Assembly (NCBI GenBank): GCA_010015805.1
Contig: ML978122.1
Span: 778,453-842,452, forward strand
DNA from: Rhizodiscina lignyota
Taxonomy: Eukaryota
Length of the DNA stretch: 64,000 bases
Direction of reading: 5' to 3'
The translations under genes and the position numbers were made by a program. The notes below the pieces were generated by a model. That model was not told the DNA's origin. It made no database searches and saw only the letters and a list, made by a program, of their open reading frames with translations. Positions 40,932 to 54,192 of the stretch are shown here, piece after piece. The stretch's first letter is position 1; each line of letters begins with the position of its first letter.

Positions 40932-41601
40932 TTAAGTAAAGTGTAAGGAGAACACACCCGAGCCAACAAGCTCACGCTTATCGGGATCTTCCCAGCCATC
41001 GTAGTCGCCATCCTGAATTTCCTCGAGCGAAGTTGCTCCCTTGATAGTTTCTGTATCAAAGGTAACGAGCTCACGCTTGTCAGGATCTTCCCAGCCATCG
41101 TAGTCGCCATCCTGAATCTCTTCAAGCGAGGTTGCTCCCTTGATAGCTTCAACATCAAAGCTCACAAGCTCACGCTTATCAGGATCTTCCCAGCCGTCAT
41201 AATCGCCGTCCTGGATTTCCTCGAGCGAAGTCGCTGCCTTGATGGTTTCGGTATCAAAGGTGACGAGCTCACGCTTGTCAGGATCCTCCCAACCGTCGTA
41301 ATCACCATCTTGAATTTCCTCAAGCGAAGTTGCTCCCTTGATAGTTTCAGTATCAAAAGTTACGAGCTCACGCTTATCAGGATCCTCCCAGCCGTCGTAG
41401 TCGCCATCCTGGATTTCCTCGAGTGAAGTTGCTCCCTTGATGGTTTCAGTGTCAAAGACTACGAGATCACGCTTCCCATCTGCCACACGTAAATCAGATA
41501 TATGCGATATAAGCTGCCCCGATAAATGAGATCTTACTTGCAAGCGGAGCCGCGATAATGGCAGTGATGCCAGCGAGAATGACAACAAGTGACGCCTTCA
41601 T
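40932..41601 (-). CDS. Kex2-processed repeat protein (KEP); candidate dikaritin RiPP precursor
   Basis: ATG 41601 gives signal peptide MKASLVVILAGITAIIAAPLA. Intron 41537-41480 (GTAAGA..GCAG) is followed by NGKR, five 33-aa repeats each ending KR, and tail ELVGSGVFSLHFT*. About 203 aa. Confidence 0.88.
40974..41468 (-). repeat. Coding tandem repeat, 5 x 99 nt
   Basis: Five units encoding (D/E)LVxFDxExIK(G/A)ATSLEEIQDGDYDGWEDPDKR; nucleotide differences between units are mostly synonymous. Confidence 0.97.
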
Positions 41602-41695
41602 TGTGGCTGGAGAGGATCAAGAGTAGCTCCGAGATGTGAAAAGCTGAGAAGTTGATAGGCGATGTGTTCATAGAAAGGAAGAAATGACTGTGGGC

Positions 41696-41783
41696 TTTAT
41701 ACCTCGAGGCAAAGAACTCACTCTGCTTCCAAAGGCATGAAAACACTCGCGGGAATGAACTCACTCTGCTTCCAAAGTCATGA
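41696..41783 (-). promoter_or_regulatory. Putative precursor promoter: TATAAA plus a 27-nt direct repeat
   Basis: TATAAA on the minus strand at 41696-41701, about 95 nt upstream of the ATG. GAACTCACTCTGCTTCCAAAG(G/T)CATGA occurs at 41714-41740 and 41757-41783 (26/27 identical). Confidence 0.5.
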
Positions 41784-42759
41784 TAGCTACTCAATTGAGG
41801 CATTGTTAATTTCGGCAAGTAAAAACTTACAATCTGCTTGTCTTAGTGCTTACTATGTTCCCATGAGAGTCTCAATATGTCCGTGACTACAAGTTCAAGG
41901 CAGTAATTGGAGAAGACGAAGCCGAGAGACTCTCGACAATACGGAACTGATGATGCCCTCGGTTGCAGACGCATGAGAGTATGCAGTCTGCCAGTCCTCT
42001 CCATTTCAGGAAAAAGGTTCAGAGCTTTACTTTTGAAACTCCTACCTCCAATTAGGTTATTAGATCTTGTCGATCAACGAAGTAACGGCTTGTGCGAGAG
42101 AGAAAAACCTCGAATCGGATGACGCCTATACAAACGTGACTGTCTATCACTGATCTATGCTAAAAGTTATCATTGGTTAGATTCCCTATGAACAAACCCG
42201 ATAAAGGGATTTTCCTGAAATGGGGAGGACTGCATAGTTGCATGCATCTGTAGAAATCATAAAATCCCAATGCATGTGAACAGTCTCCCTGCCTGACGGA
42301 CGATGTAGCTATGATCATATGATGCATGTATTGATCGTATTCGTCTTTGGTGTAGGTTTCGAGTTGTGCCATCTTCTCCAAAGCATCTTCTACTAACCCG
42401 CTTGTCCTTTGGATATTTTTCGGGTCCTTGAAACATTTTCGGGTCCAATTCAATCACCCTTCACGTCTTGAACAGGATATCGATCTGTTTGGTTACACGG
42501 CATGGGGTGAATGTCTCCCGAATCATGTTCCATATGCTGCATGTGCTGAAAGTTCTGAACATCTCCAGAATGCTGTGTTATCACGCTGCGTATAGTTGAG
42601 TAGAGTGTGATGATTGGGATACGATACCAATTTGGAATATACCTGGTCGGGACTGCCAGGGGTAACCGAACACATGTTCGAGGAGCATATGAAGTAAAAG
42701 GCCATCGGCTGTCCTTCATCGCCAAAAAAAACATCCCACCTTGCTGTTTCAATTGCAGT

Positions 42760-43719
42760 ATGGCGAAGAACTATTCTGATGTCCTTTTCAATTCAAGCGA
42801 AGACGAAAAGCCACTCCTTGAGGAGGAACAAGTCATCAAGAGATATACGTCGAGAGCGACATCATGGAATTGTTTATTGGCAGCAGCGTGCGGATATATG
42901 CTTGGTGTCGGAAGTAGTTTGCTGTTCAAGGAACGATTCATCTGCACAGATCCATCTCTTGCATTGTGGTGTAAGTGTTGACGGTGCTCGGTGCAGCTTG
43001 GTTATCTAACATAATATGAAAGCTCCTGCAAATGGAGCCGTGAAATGGAAAACCGTCACGTCAGATCGATATTTCTTCACCCGCAGCCCATATATGGGTA
43101 CGGATATTGAGCGGCTTGATGCGATGTGGGCGGACCTGTACGATTGTGAGTTGCCTGTTTGAGAATTTGGTTGGCAACAGTTGGCTCACTGACTGTAGAT
43201 GGAACTTCGGCCATCTCTCCCGCAGAGAATTCAAAGCTCTTGAATTCAACACTTCCATCACCAAAGGACAATAATACATACGTTGTGGAACTACAGGTGT
43301 TTCACGATCTTCATTGTTTGAATATGATTCGTAAGACGGCGTACCCTGACCAGTACCCTGAAATGTGGGAGTACTATGAGAACGGCACTGTGAACCACAA
43401 CTCTCTGCCGTCGTTCCATCTGGGTAAGTTGTGTCGATGACTCGCAGTGCAAAGGATTTGCTGATGAAACGCAGATCATTGCATTGATAGTCTTCGTCAA
43501 GGGCTCATGTGTACGGCGGACGTCACGCCGGTCGTCTTTCATCACAATGCTGATGACCCGTACCATATATTCCCACAGATTTGGTCGACGCGGACCTGCC
43601 GGGATTTCGATAGGATCAAGGAGTGGGCCATTGATAGGCAGATTGAAAGGTGGAAGCTCGATTTGGATGTGAATACTAAGATCGTACCTGCGGAAGATCT
43701 CAGTGAAACGTTTGGATAG
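42760..43719 (+). CDS. DUF3328/UstYa-family oxidase (dikaritin cyclase-type)
   Basis: Introns 42971-43022, 43146-43198 and 43424-43474 give an N-terminal TM anchor, WSPANGAV, SPYMG..DAMWADL, LQVFHDLHCLNMIRK, FHLDHCIDSLRQGLMCTADVTP and RTCRDFDRIKEWA. Two HxxHC motifs are present. Confidence 0.93.
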
Positions 43720-44424
43720 AAGAACCACAGTGGAAGACGTTTTGCTTGCGCCTGAGTCTAAAGTTGAAGTATTATAGAACATGCTAAAACTGCTCTCGTG
43801 GTTAGCACTGCTAAGTAGTTACGTGGAGTGCATTACGTTGCGCGAAGACGCACTTCTGGATGTATTCACAGCGAGGCGAAGATGAGCGCATGCGTATTGA
43901 CTGAGTTTGGGCAAATCGGTCGTTGATTTAAGCTATATGGATCTTGATCGCATGGTGCTGTGCGTGTGTCCCGGGAGCAAACAAGTACGGCGATGGTCGA
44001 TTACTACTTCAATCCTGATGGATTCGGAAGGCTTCTGGGTACTTGGAGCTATTTTCGAGGGAATATCGCCAGGCGGTACAAATAGTAATGGCGAAAGAAT
44101 GCGCGGCCATTGGTAGGACTAGCCGTCATCGAAACGGGGATGGGTTTGGTTAGAGTGACAATGCAAAGATTATCTTGAGACATCAGAATTCGCACATTGC
44201 GGTTAGCACAAGCTAGTGACAATTTAATAAGAAATACATTGCATGCATTCATTTTACAGCTGTAAAAACTGAGGTAGATGTTAATATAAGGTCTAACATG
44301 GGAGGTTGGCCCGATACTTAGCGAAATCGAGAGTGTAAGGCCACAATCGATCTTAATGACTCCTATGTGAACGAGACAGTCGTTGGAGCCTCACAACTGA
44401 GATTGGTTGCGCAAATAGGAATTT

Positions 44425-45257
44425 TCAAGATATTGACAATCGTTCCAAATCTATGGCGGAGAAGGACCAAAAGTCGCTCGACTTGGCGATGAGGTCGGCC
44501 ACTCTCTCTAGGCCATGTTGATCATCTTCATCAAAGCCATTCAATTCGGCGCAATCAATGTCAATGATAGCTTTGATCTGCGATGCGGTTAGCATATTGA
44601 CTGGGCATGAGGTGCTCGGGGGAGCGCCAGACCTTCCCATCCTGCACTATCGGCACAACAATCTCGCTCTTGCTCGCCGAATCACATGCGATATGTCCAG
44701 GGAACTTCTCAACGTCCTCAACAAGTTGTGTCTTTAAGCTTGCAGCTGCGGCTCCGCAGACACCCTTGCCGAACGCGATAGTCTGGCATGCGACATGGCC
44801 CTGGAACGGGCCTAATATCAACTGCTTCGCGTTTTTGGGGTCGACGACGTAGAAGCCACACCAATTAACTGCGGACGACGGCGGAGGAAGGGAGAGCAGG
44901 CCATGATTCAGGAGTGCGGACGCGTTCGAGAGATTACTGGCTTACAGGCGTTAGAGATCGATGGGCTGATACTTTTTTCGGATGAATGGATCGCGGAGTA
45001 GTTCCGTTGACATGCGAAGGATCGTGGCTCACCAAACCTTGAGGGATTGCCGTTAGCTTCAAAAAGTACGAGGAAGATAGGGGCTGTCTCACCCAGTTTC
45101 TTTGGTCTTCGAAGAGAGCTTCTGCTTGCTCTATGACTTGATCGTACACTTCCTTTTTGGACAGTCCGGAGCGGAAAGTGGAGGACTCAGCGTGTACCTG
45201 CATGCGTCAGGGTCCATTGCCGATCAATCATCCAGAGGAGAGGGGCAGAAATACCAT
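44425..45257 (-). CDS. GAF-domain free methionine-R-sulfoxide reductase (fRMsr, YKL069W-like)
   Basis: M|VHAESS..QRNW|VC|NLSNAS..NWCGFY..LGPFQGHVAC..GKGVCG..FPGHIACDSASKSEIVVP..IIDIDC. Confidence 0.93.
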
Positions 45258-45614
45258 TATTTCGGGTCTCTGCAAGAGGAATTCCTTTTTCGTGCTAAAA
45301 TGTAGATGAAATGGTCTCCGGTCAGAAGAAATCTGTTAATGTTACGCCGCTAGTCTGACCTTGTGCTTTGGAAATTCACACGCACAATGACGTGCTTCGG
45401 ACAGGGCTCCGAGCATGGTTCAAAAGTCATATGAAGGAGAGCAATTACACTCTCGGTCTCTTCGAGTTTTGCAATTATGCAGTTTTCGATTCATGTTCGT
45501 AATCATTATTGTCGCTATCTATGTAACCGCAAAGCAGTCTCCGTGGCTCTAAAGGGTACACAGTCTCCAGCAGTCTATAGCCTTTAGTAAGATCGTTGGC
45601 CAGGTTGAGGCCTT

Positions 45615-46807
<1,193 letters not shown>

Positions 46808-47405
46808 GGTGGAAGACTTTCGTACGATGTTAAGTTGGCTTGATAATCGGGCTATCGCACTTCGTGCAAACATAAAGCTTGGAGCGGAGGAAGAAGAGCA
46901 ACTGGGAGTTATGTCATCAAATCCTTGATCTACCGTGGCCGCAGAGATACGCTTCACAGAAGTTATGATCTAGCTTTGAAAGGCACGGCCTATGATTCGC
47001 GATACACGAGCGCTTAAATATCTCCAGCCGGATCGTGTCTCTCCGCAATTTGACCTTCGCGAATCTTACATGGAGATAGCCATGTTTATCACCGTGTCTT
47101 TCACTTTGGATAATTTGACGCTGAAACTTGTATCCAGGGACCGAGATCGGTGTAACATAAGCGCTCTCCTTACTCCAAGAGACCGGCTGGTGCATTTAAC
47201 ACCCTTTTATATCGCGCTAGGCTCCATTGAAACAGTGGGTATCGCTGACCTCGCCCGATGACCCTTGCTACGTGATAGCTGCGGCTGCATGCCAAGATCC
47301 TTTAACCACTACTTCGGCCAGGAGTCTGCAAAGGAACGTCACGCTCAAAATCCTCTCAGGCGACCAATCTCTCGACTGCGAGCCACCTCCCGCGACGCAT
47401 AGTAT

Positions 47406-49142
47406 ATGAATGGGGACGCAAAACCGAACGGAACTGTTCCTTCGAAAGCGAAAATACACGATTCGCCCTCCTTCGAACAGCCCAGCTCCCCCGATCACTC
47501 GTTCCTAACCCTTTCTCAGCCCCGGCCGAAAAAGAAATCTCCGGAGGAGATAGTCCAGAACTTTGGCAGAGACAGATTTCCGTCAACACGGCTTCATAAT
47601 CAAGAAGAACTCGTCGACCCATCTGGGTTTGACGACTGGGACGAAGAGGAGGAAGAGCCCCGTCAATCTGAAGACGACGGATATACAGACATGCCTTCAG
47701 ATCTGAGGCCGCCGCTCCATCGACACCACGATGGGCGGTCACAGCAGCCGCTGTTAACTGGCAAGCCTCCAGCCTACGATGATCGCGACGATCTGCCTGC
47801 CGTCAGTCCTCGGAGGTCGACGTTTCACGAGCGAGACCCAGACGTGCTCGCAGCCAGGGCCACGAGACAACGATACATATACGCGTCGTTCTTCTTGGTA
47901 TTGAGCTTGGTCAGTTTCGTGGTGCAGACGGAGACGGCTGTATACATTGCCAATGAGCTGAAATGGAGGAAATCGTACTGCATGTTGTATGTATCTCTTG
48001 ATAAGCATGGTCTTAGCAGGGGCAGTCACTGACAACGGCCTCGCCGTTAGATACTTTACGCACGGTTCCTGGTCCCTCCTTTGGTTAGTGCAATTAGCGA
48101 TCCTGCGCATACAAAAGTGGCACCTGCCCTGGGAACCTTTCTGGAAACGACATGTACAGATCCTCACGCAGACGGCGCAAATGGTGGAACATCAGACACT
48201 GCACCTCAATGGCTTTCAACAGAAAAAGTCACCGGTGCCATACATGATACGGACGACGGCTTTCGTTACATGCTGTCTCACCTTAGCTGGCGGCAGCTGG
48301 TATGTGGCTGTGAACCTCACAACCGCCAGCGATCTGACCGCCATTTACAACTGCTCCGCCTTCTTTGCATACGTCTTCAGCGTACCTCTGCTGAAAGAGA
48401 GGGTGCGAATGTCAAAAGTTGCTGCTGTAGCTGTCGCCATCATAGGCGTCATTATCGTCGCTTATGGACCAGGAGTTGCACCCAAACACGGCAGCAAATC
48501 TGGCGGAGGAGCTGGCGGTCCGAAACATCCGACCAACGAGCCGGCTGCTAGAGGCTTTGGTAATCTCGTGATAGCGATAGGCAGTATGCTCTACGGCTTC
48601 TATGAGGTGTTGTACAAGAAGGTTGCTTGTCCACCAGATGGATGCAGCCCCGGTCGAGGTATGATTTTTGCGAACACGTTCGGTAGCTTGATCGGACTTT
48701 TCACTCTTACCGTCTTGTGGATCCCTCTTCCCATTCTACATATTACAGGCATTGAGACCTTTGAACTTCCACGGGGCGAGGCGGCGTGGATGCTTTTGAT
48801 AAGCGTCCTTTCCAACGCAAGTAAGTAGAACAACATCCCGTGATATGAGTAATCGCTGACAATACTGTAGCCTTTTCTGGTTCGTTCCTCGTTTTAATCA
48901 GTCTCACTTCTCCTGTACTGTCCTCAGTTGCCGCACTGTTGACAATTTTCATTGTTGCCATTGTCGATGAGCTACTCCCGGAGCCAATGAAGAACAAGCT
49001 CACTCCATCGGCAATTATCGGCGGCTTGCTGATAATCGGAGCGTTCCTTGTTCTAAGCTGGGCAACTTATCGCGAAATGGATGAAGAGAGACGAAAGAAG
49101 CTCGAGGAGGAGAGTGAAGACGAGAGTGTTTTAGGAGACTAG
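47406..49142 (+). CDS. EamA/DMT-superfamily (SLC35F-like) membrane transporter
   Basis: FVVQTETA; WYVAVNLTTASDLTAIYNCSAFFAYVFSV; LYGFYEVLYKK; LISLTSPVLSSVAALLTIF; about 10 TM helices. Confidence 0.85.
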
Positions 49143-51024
49143 ATCTTCGTCTGCACGTGATACGTGCTCTAGGGCATAGAATTGTTAGAAAGGCACATGT
49201 ATGGCTAAGGGAGGCACTGTGATACAGCGGATTGTTTAGAAGGCGGATGTCTCCTCTACGCGGCATCAGGCGGTGCGTCTGCAGCATCTTTGAGCTTGGA
49301 TCTCACGGCCTACCTGGGCAATATTGGCGTTTGGACGCCCTGTGGAGAACCGCATGGGCTTGGCTTTTAGCATTGATGATAAGAACTTCCTCCCGAGACT
49401 AGCGTGTGCCATCAAGTGAAGCTTCATGAGCTGTCTGTTTCGAGTCATACACTTCTAAGGGATCGATATTTATTAGATATCCCACGAATAGCCCACACTC
49501 TCCGCATCCGCATCGTTCCCAACGGCAGGACGGTGCCTGACTGCATCTATTGACAGGGGGGTCTCGAGGAAGCCCAGGGTTTCGATTCGAGAATTTGGGT
49601 GCTGAGGACAGATTCTCTGTACACCATTTCTTCTTTCATCGTTGTCCATTTACTTGCAATGCTGTGCACGCGAACACCAATATCAAATTCACAGTTACAT
49701 TATCGTGATATACGAGTCAACGTCTGACTCAAGAAATGTCAGCGTCTTTTAATGTCTCATTCGCACAAAAAGAAATCCAAAATAGCACCTGCAGCCTTCT
49801 GAGGCTGATCAGATTTACCCTTACGAGGCGTTCACAGACGAGGATCAATTCAGCCGGAGGTTCCTGGAGTGGCTGGTGAGCACACCTTTACCCATCTACA
49901 TTCTTGCGCAGAAGAAAATCCAAACTTCTACAATTCATGGAGGAGTTCTGAATACCCCAGAGTTGCGATTCACTCAGGTGAGCAGTCATACTGCACTCCA
50001 CAGGACGTGCACGCGATACGATCTCGAGATCTCCACTTTGAACACGCCAATGCCTCTAGACTCCGGTCGATCTGGCTCAGCTGTTGAGAACTGGAGATGT
50101 GACGGGTGGGTCACCTCACTATGCAGCCCTCACAGACCGTCAGGCCCTGCAGATGGTTCATTGCTCTGAACCCGGCACCCCATACATATTTTGCCGCCTC
50201 TACAGTACAACGCTGCATTTTAACCTCTCCTTTGGTAAGATGTTGCACTCTATTGACAGCACGTTATTCCTTACCCAGATAAGCAAATGAACGTCTTCAT
50301 CAACAGAACCCTCTCGGTGCCGCAATCCTTCAAAAGTGCGTGCTGGTTAGTCTCCCGATCTGAGCTCGTGACGAAGATAGAACGGATAGCTCTCGGTCAA
50401 ACGGGGGGCTTTCTCGGAGTCGCCTTGATTGGCTAAAGAGGCCATCGATGGAGCTTCTTCGGCGGCATCAGGCGGCGGTCCCTTGTCAATTCGTCCGCTA
50501 GTGTCAGACCAGACGAGATGGCATTGGCCTCGAGCGCGGGCGTGGTGCGGAGAAAACCCGCAAAAGAGCATGCGTTGGGTTGTGGCCCTGCTGGCTCAAG
50601 CGAACCCTCCACATTCGTCGCCCGGCAGCTTTTCTGGATCTCTCACTCTCCTGTCGAAGTTTGACCTGCATCTTCCTGTTGGTTGTGTGGATGTGACAGC
50701 GGTACGGCCCACCAAGACCTGGGGCCCCGTCATAGTTATCTATGCTCCATATCCCCCGCATAAGTGGGTGAATATACGATCCATTTTTTGCCTCCATATT
50801 CTTCCCTCGTACACGACACTTTTAGAGACGAACTAAGCGTCGCGAAAATACGCACGTGGAGAATTGACGACATCCGACATTTCCGAAGACTCGAAAGACG
50901 TAATCAGCCCCCCTAACCTTCGCCCACAACCGTATATTGACAGTACGCGACTTCGAAGAAGACTGGCTGCACTTTCCGAGAGCAAATACATGACCTACGG
51001 GTCGCAAAAGGGAAAACCTTCATC

Positions 51025-54000
51025 ATGCCAGGCATACTGCCTATGAAAGTAATCAAAGTCGGCTCTTCGGCCCAGTCACGCATCGCACAAGCCTGGTGAG
51101 TTCGCCATAACCTATACAGATGTTCAGGACTAATCACTCGCACAGTGACCGCTGTAGGTCAAAGAAAATTCGATGTGACGGGGTACGACCGTAAGTAACG
51201 AGTCCATTTGATGCTCGCGACTCCTTCACTCACTTTTCATACAGGAGTTGCACGCAATGTGTCAATGTGGGCTTCGAGTGCAAGACGAGCGACAAGCTCA
51301 GTCGCCGTGCCTTTCCACGCGGATATACTGAGTCGTTGGAAGAGCGCGTCCGCGCTCTAGAGGCAGAAGTGCGAGAGTTGAAGGACTTGCTGGACGAGAA
51401 GGACGAGAAGATCGACATGCTATCGAGAATACACTCCCACTCCCCACAGTCGATGCAAACCTCGCCGCGACCATCCGTAGCAGCCACAGGCTCCGAGTCT
51501 CCCGCTGAGGCCGACAAAGACAATGTCTTCAAAGTTACACAATCTCCCATTCTTTTCGACAATGAGGGCTCAGACGGTTACTTTGTGGGGACTTCAAGTG
51601 GCAGAGCTCTTGTCGGTAGGTTCCCCGCATACCCCTCGTCCCCTTACACGTCAACTGACCGTCACAGACGCATTCAAGAACAAGGTTCAAGAAACAGGCA
51701 AGAGCTTGGTCGAGATTCGCGCCGACGCCTTCTTCAAAGCGGAATCGAAGCAGACAGGGTCGGCACCGAACAAGGCAACGATATGGAGAGCGCCTCCTCG
51801 TCTGCTGTCAGACCAGCTCATCAATATCTTCTTTCAGGAATGGGCGCCGATCTTTCCAGTATTGCATCGCCCCACCTTCCTGCACCTATACGAAGACTAT
51901 ACTGCTGCACCAGAGTCTGTGACGGACAAGAAGTCGCTGGCGCAGCTTCATCTCGTCTTTGGTATTGCTGCTCTCTCAAACCAAGTATGTTGCCACCAAT
52001 CGCTCTTTGAAGACATGATTCTAACATGCATCCAGACCCACAACGTCGAAGAGTTAGCCTCGATTGAACGACAATGGCGCGCCGCGCTCGACTCTTTCTT
52101 AATGACCGACTCCCTCGTGACACTGCAATGCTTGACGTTGGCGATCATCTACTGCCTTCAGTCGGCTGATCATTCTGGACTTTTGAAGTTCAAGTGCCTT
52201 GCTGTCAGCTTGTCGCAGCGTCTGGGCTTGCATCAATCGCAGAAGCGATTTGCACTTGGCACACTGACGAGTGAGACGAGGAAGAAGGTCTTCTGGACTC
52301 TCTACACGCTCGACTGGTAAGACTTCCAAGTCTCTTGATCGTTATTCACCAGCTAATGGTTGCAGCTTCTCCGCCGCCCAGATTGGCCTGCCGAAGCTCA
52401 TGAGAGAGGATGACGTCCATTGCGAGTATCCTGTTGATGCTGATGACGAGTATGTGACGGAGAAGGGCTTCTTACCCACCCTTCCTGGCGAATCAACGAA
52501 ACTCTCCAGTGCCCTTGCCCTCTTCCGCGCCACGCCAGTCCTGGCGAAGGTGCTCAAGGAGCTCTACCCCGCTTCGCCAACCCACGATATCTCGTTCAAG
52601 ACGTTGACCTCCTTGGCGGATGAACTCGATGCATGGCTGGACAATCTGCCCGCCCACCTTAAACTGCAGTTCGTTCAAGACAAGCCAAGCACTCATGTCG
52701 TCAATAGCCGTTCGCCTCTATTGGTAAGTTGCCTCTATTGACGCGACGCGTGACCATCCAGCTGACCATTATCATCCAGTCTCTTGCCTACCACTATATC
52801 CGCTCCCTCATCCATAGGCCTGCTGTCTGTGCCAGCTCCCTGCTTGGCGACCGAGCATCATCATCGATTGTCGCCATCGCCAGCTCCGCCAAATGTATCA
52901 TCCAGATCATCCAGCTGCTCGAGGAGCGCAGTCTTGGCTTCTCCTTCTGCCTGAACAAAAACGAGCTTCTCATCGTCTCTGGCTTCAGCCTACTCTTCCA
53001 AAGCCTTGACCTCGACCGCGATGGCAAGCTCATGAGAGACCACCAGCGGACGCTCAAGGCCATTGTAGAGATACTCGAGCAAAGGAAGGCTCCCGGTGCC
53101 CGCCACTTCCGCAAGGTCGCCGGTTCAATTCTTTCGGCCCTGTCTCAGGCACCTATTCTGTCCCGACAGAACTCCGACAAGACTGGCATGACCACCCAGG
53201 ATGCCCTCCGATCGACGCAGAAGCACCTCAAGGCAATTGCGGCACGTTTGTCGCCTGACAAGCAACGCCGCCGCGAATCAGACAATATATCCCTGAACGA
53301 CGATGGCCGACGCGCAACTGCACCGGCAATAGGCTCACACCCCAATAATTCACAAAACAGTCTCTCGTCAATCCACTCAGAACCCGCTACCCTCCTTGCA
53401 GCAAGCCATCGTCCCTCCCCCACAACTTCAAACCCAGCCGTGTCTCCGTCCTTCCAACAACTTCGCCAGTCCCCACCGAACCAGCCTTTGAAACGCTCCA
53501 GCACATCCGCAGCACCACGTCCCCCGAACCTCGACTATCTCTCCTTCACGGCTTCCTCTCCCGCAGGCACCATTTCCCCGCGCAGCAGCACGAAGGCCAC
53601 GCCCGCTGACATCCTCCGCGCATACCACGCGTACCAGTCCGCCCCACCCGCCACCAGCAAGCCGCAACTAGACGTCTCCAGCACCGCAGACTGGGAGAAA
53701 CTCATCAGCTCCCTCGACCAGACCGACTCGAACATATACGACTCCATCTACGGCGGGCCCGGCGGCGTCGACCTTTCCAACCACCTCGCTTCCCCTCACT
53801 CCACCAACAGCATGCCCTTATCCGCAAGCGCGATCGAGGCGCAGAACTTGGTCTGGGATGCGCAGAGCTCCGCTTCCACCAACCCCACCAGCAACGGGAG
53901 TATGGACGCACCGAATTTCGGCTGGCGCCCGGGATTCGCGGGTCTCACACCCCTCGCCTTAGACGGCTATCCTATGATGAGTCCTGCGCCGGTGCCGCAG

Positions 54001-54192
54001 AGTGTGCTGAGTTTCTCGGATGAGAGTTTGAGTTCGGGAGAGGAGTTTAGCAGCGTGGGGATGAGCACGGGTGGGAGAAGTGGAAGCGCAGGACTGGGCG
54101 ACGAGGTGGATGTGTATGCGGATTTGGATATTGGGATGTTGAAGATTCCGGCGGATGATATGGGTGGGTTGGATGGGGGTTTTGGCCTGTGA
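51025..54192 (+). CDS. facB: Acetate-utilisation Zn2Cys6 transcription factor FacB/Acu-15 (Cat8/Sip4-related)
   Basis: [75 protein letters not shown]; fungal TF middle-homology region [31 protein letters not shown]. Confidence 0.92.

Noticed and set aside
40974..41468. CRISPR-like or non-coding satellite array
   Set aside because: Contiguous 99-nt in-frame units with synonymous variation and no unique spacers; the genome is eukaryotic.
40932..41601. Repeat protein as an alpha-factor-like mating pheromone precursor
   Set aside because: Repeats are 31-aa acidic peptides with no Ste13 X-A/X-P dipeptide spacers and no Cys-containing pheromone-like core. The adjacent DUF3328 gene favours a RiPP.
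42160..42453. 97-codon minus ORF inside the precursor/DUF3328 intergenic region as a third cluster gene
   Set aside because: Non-ATG start, no recognisable motif and no clear splice structure.
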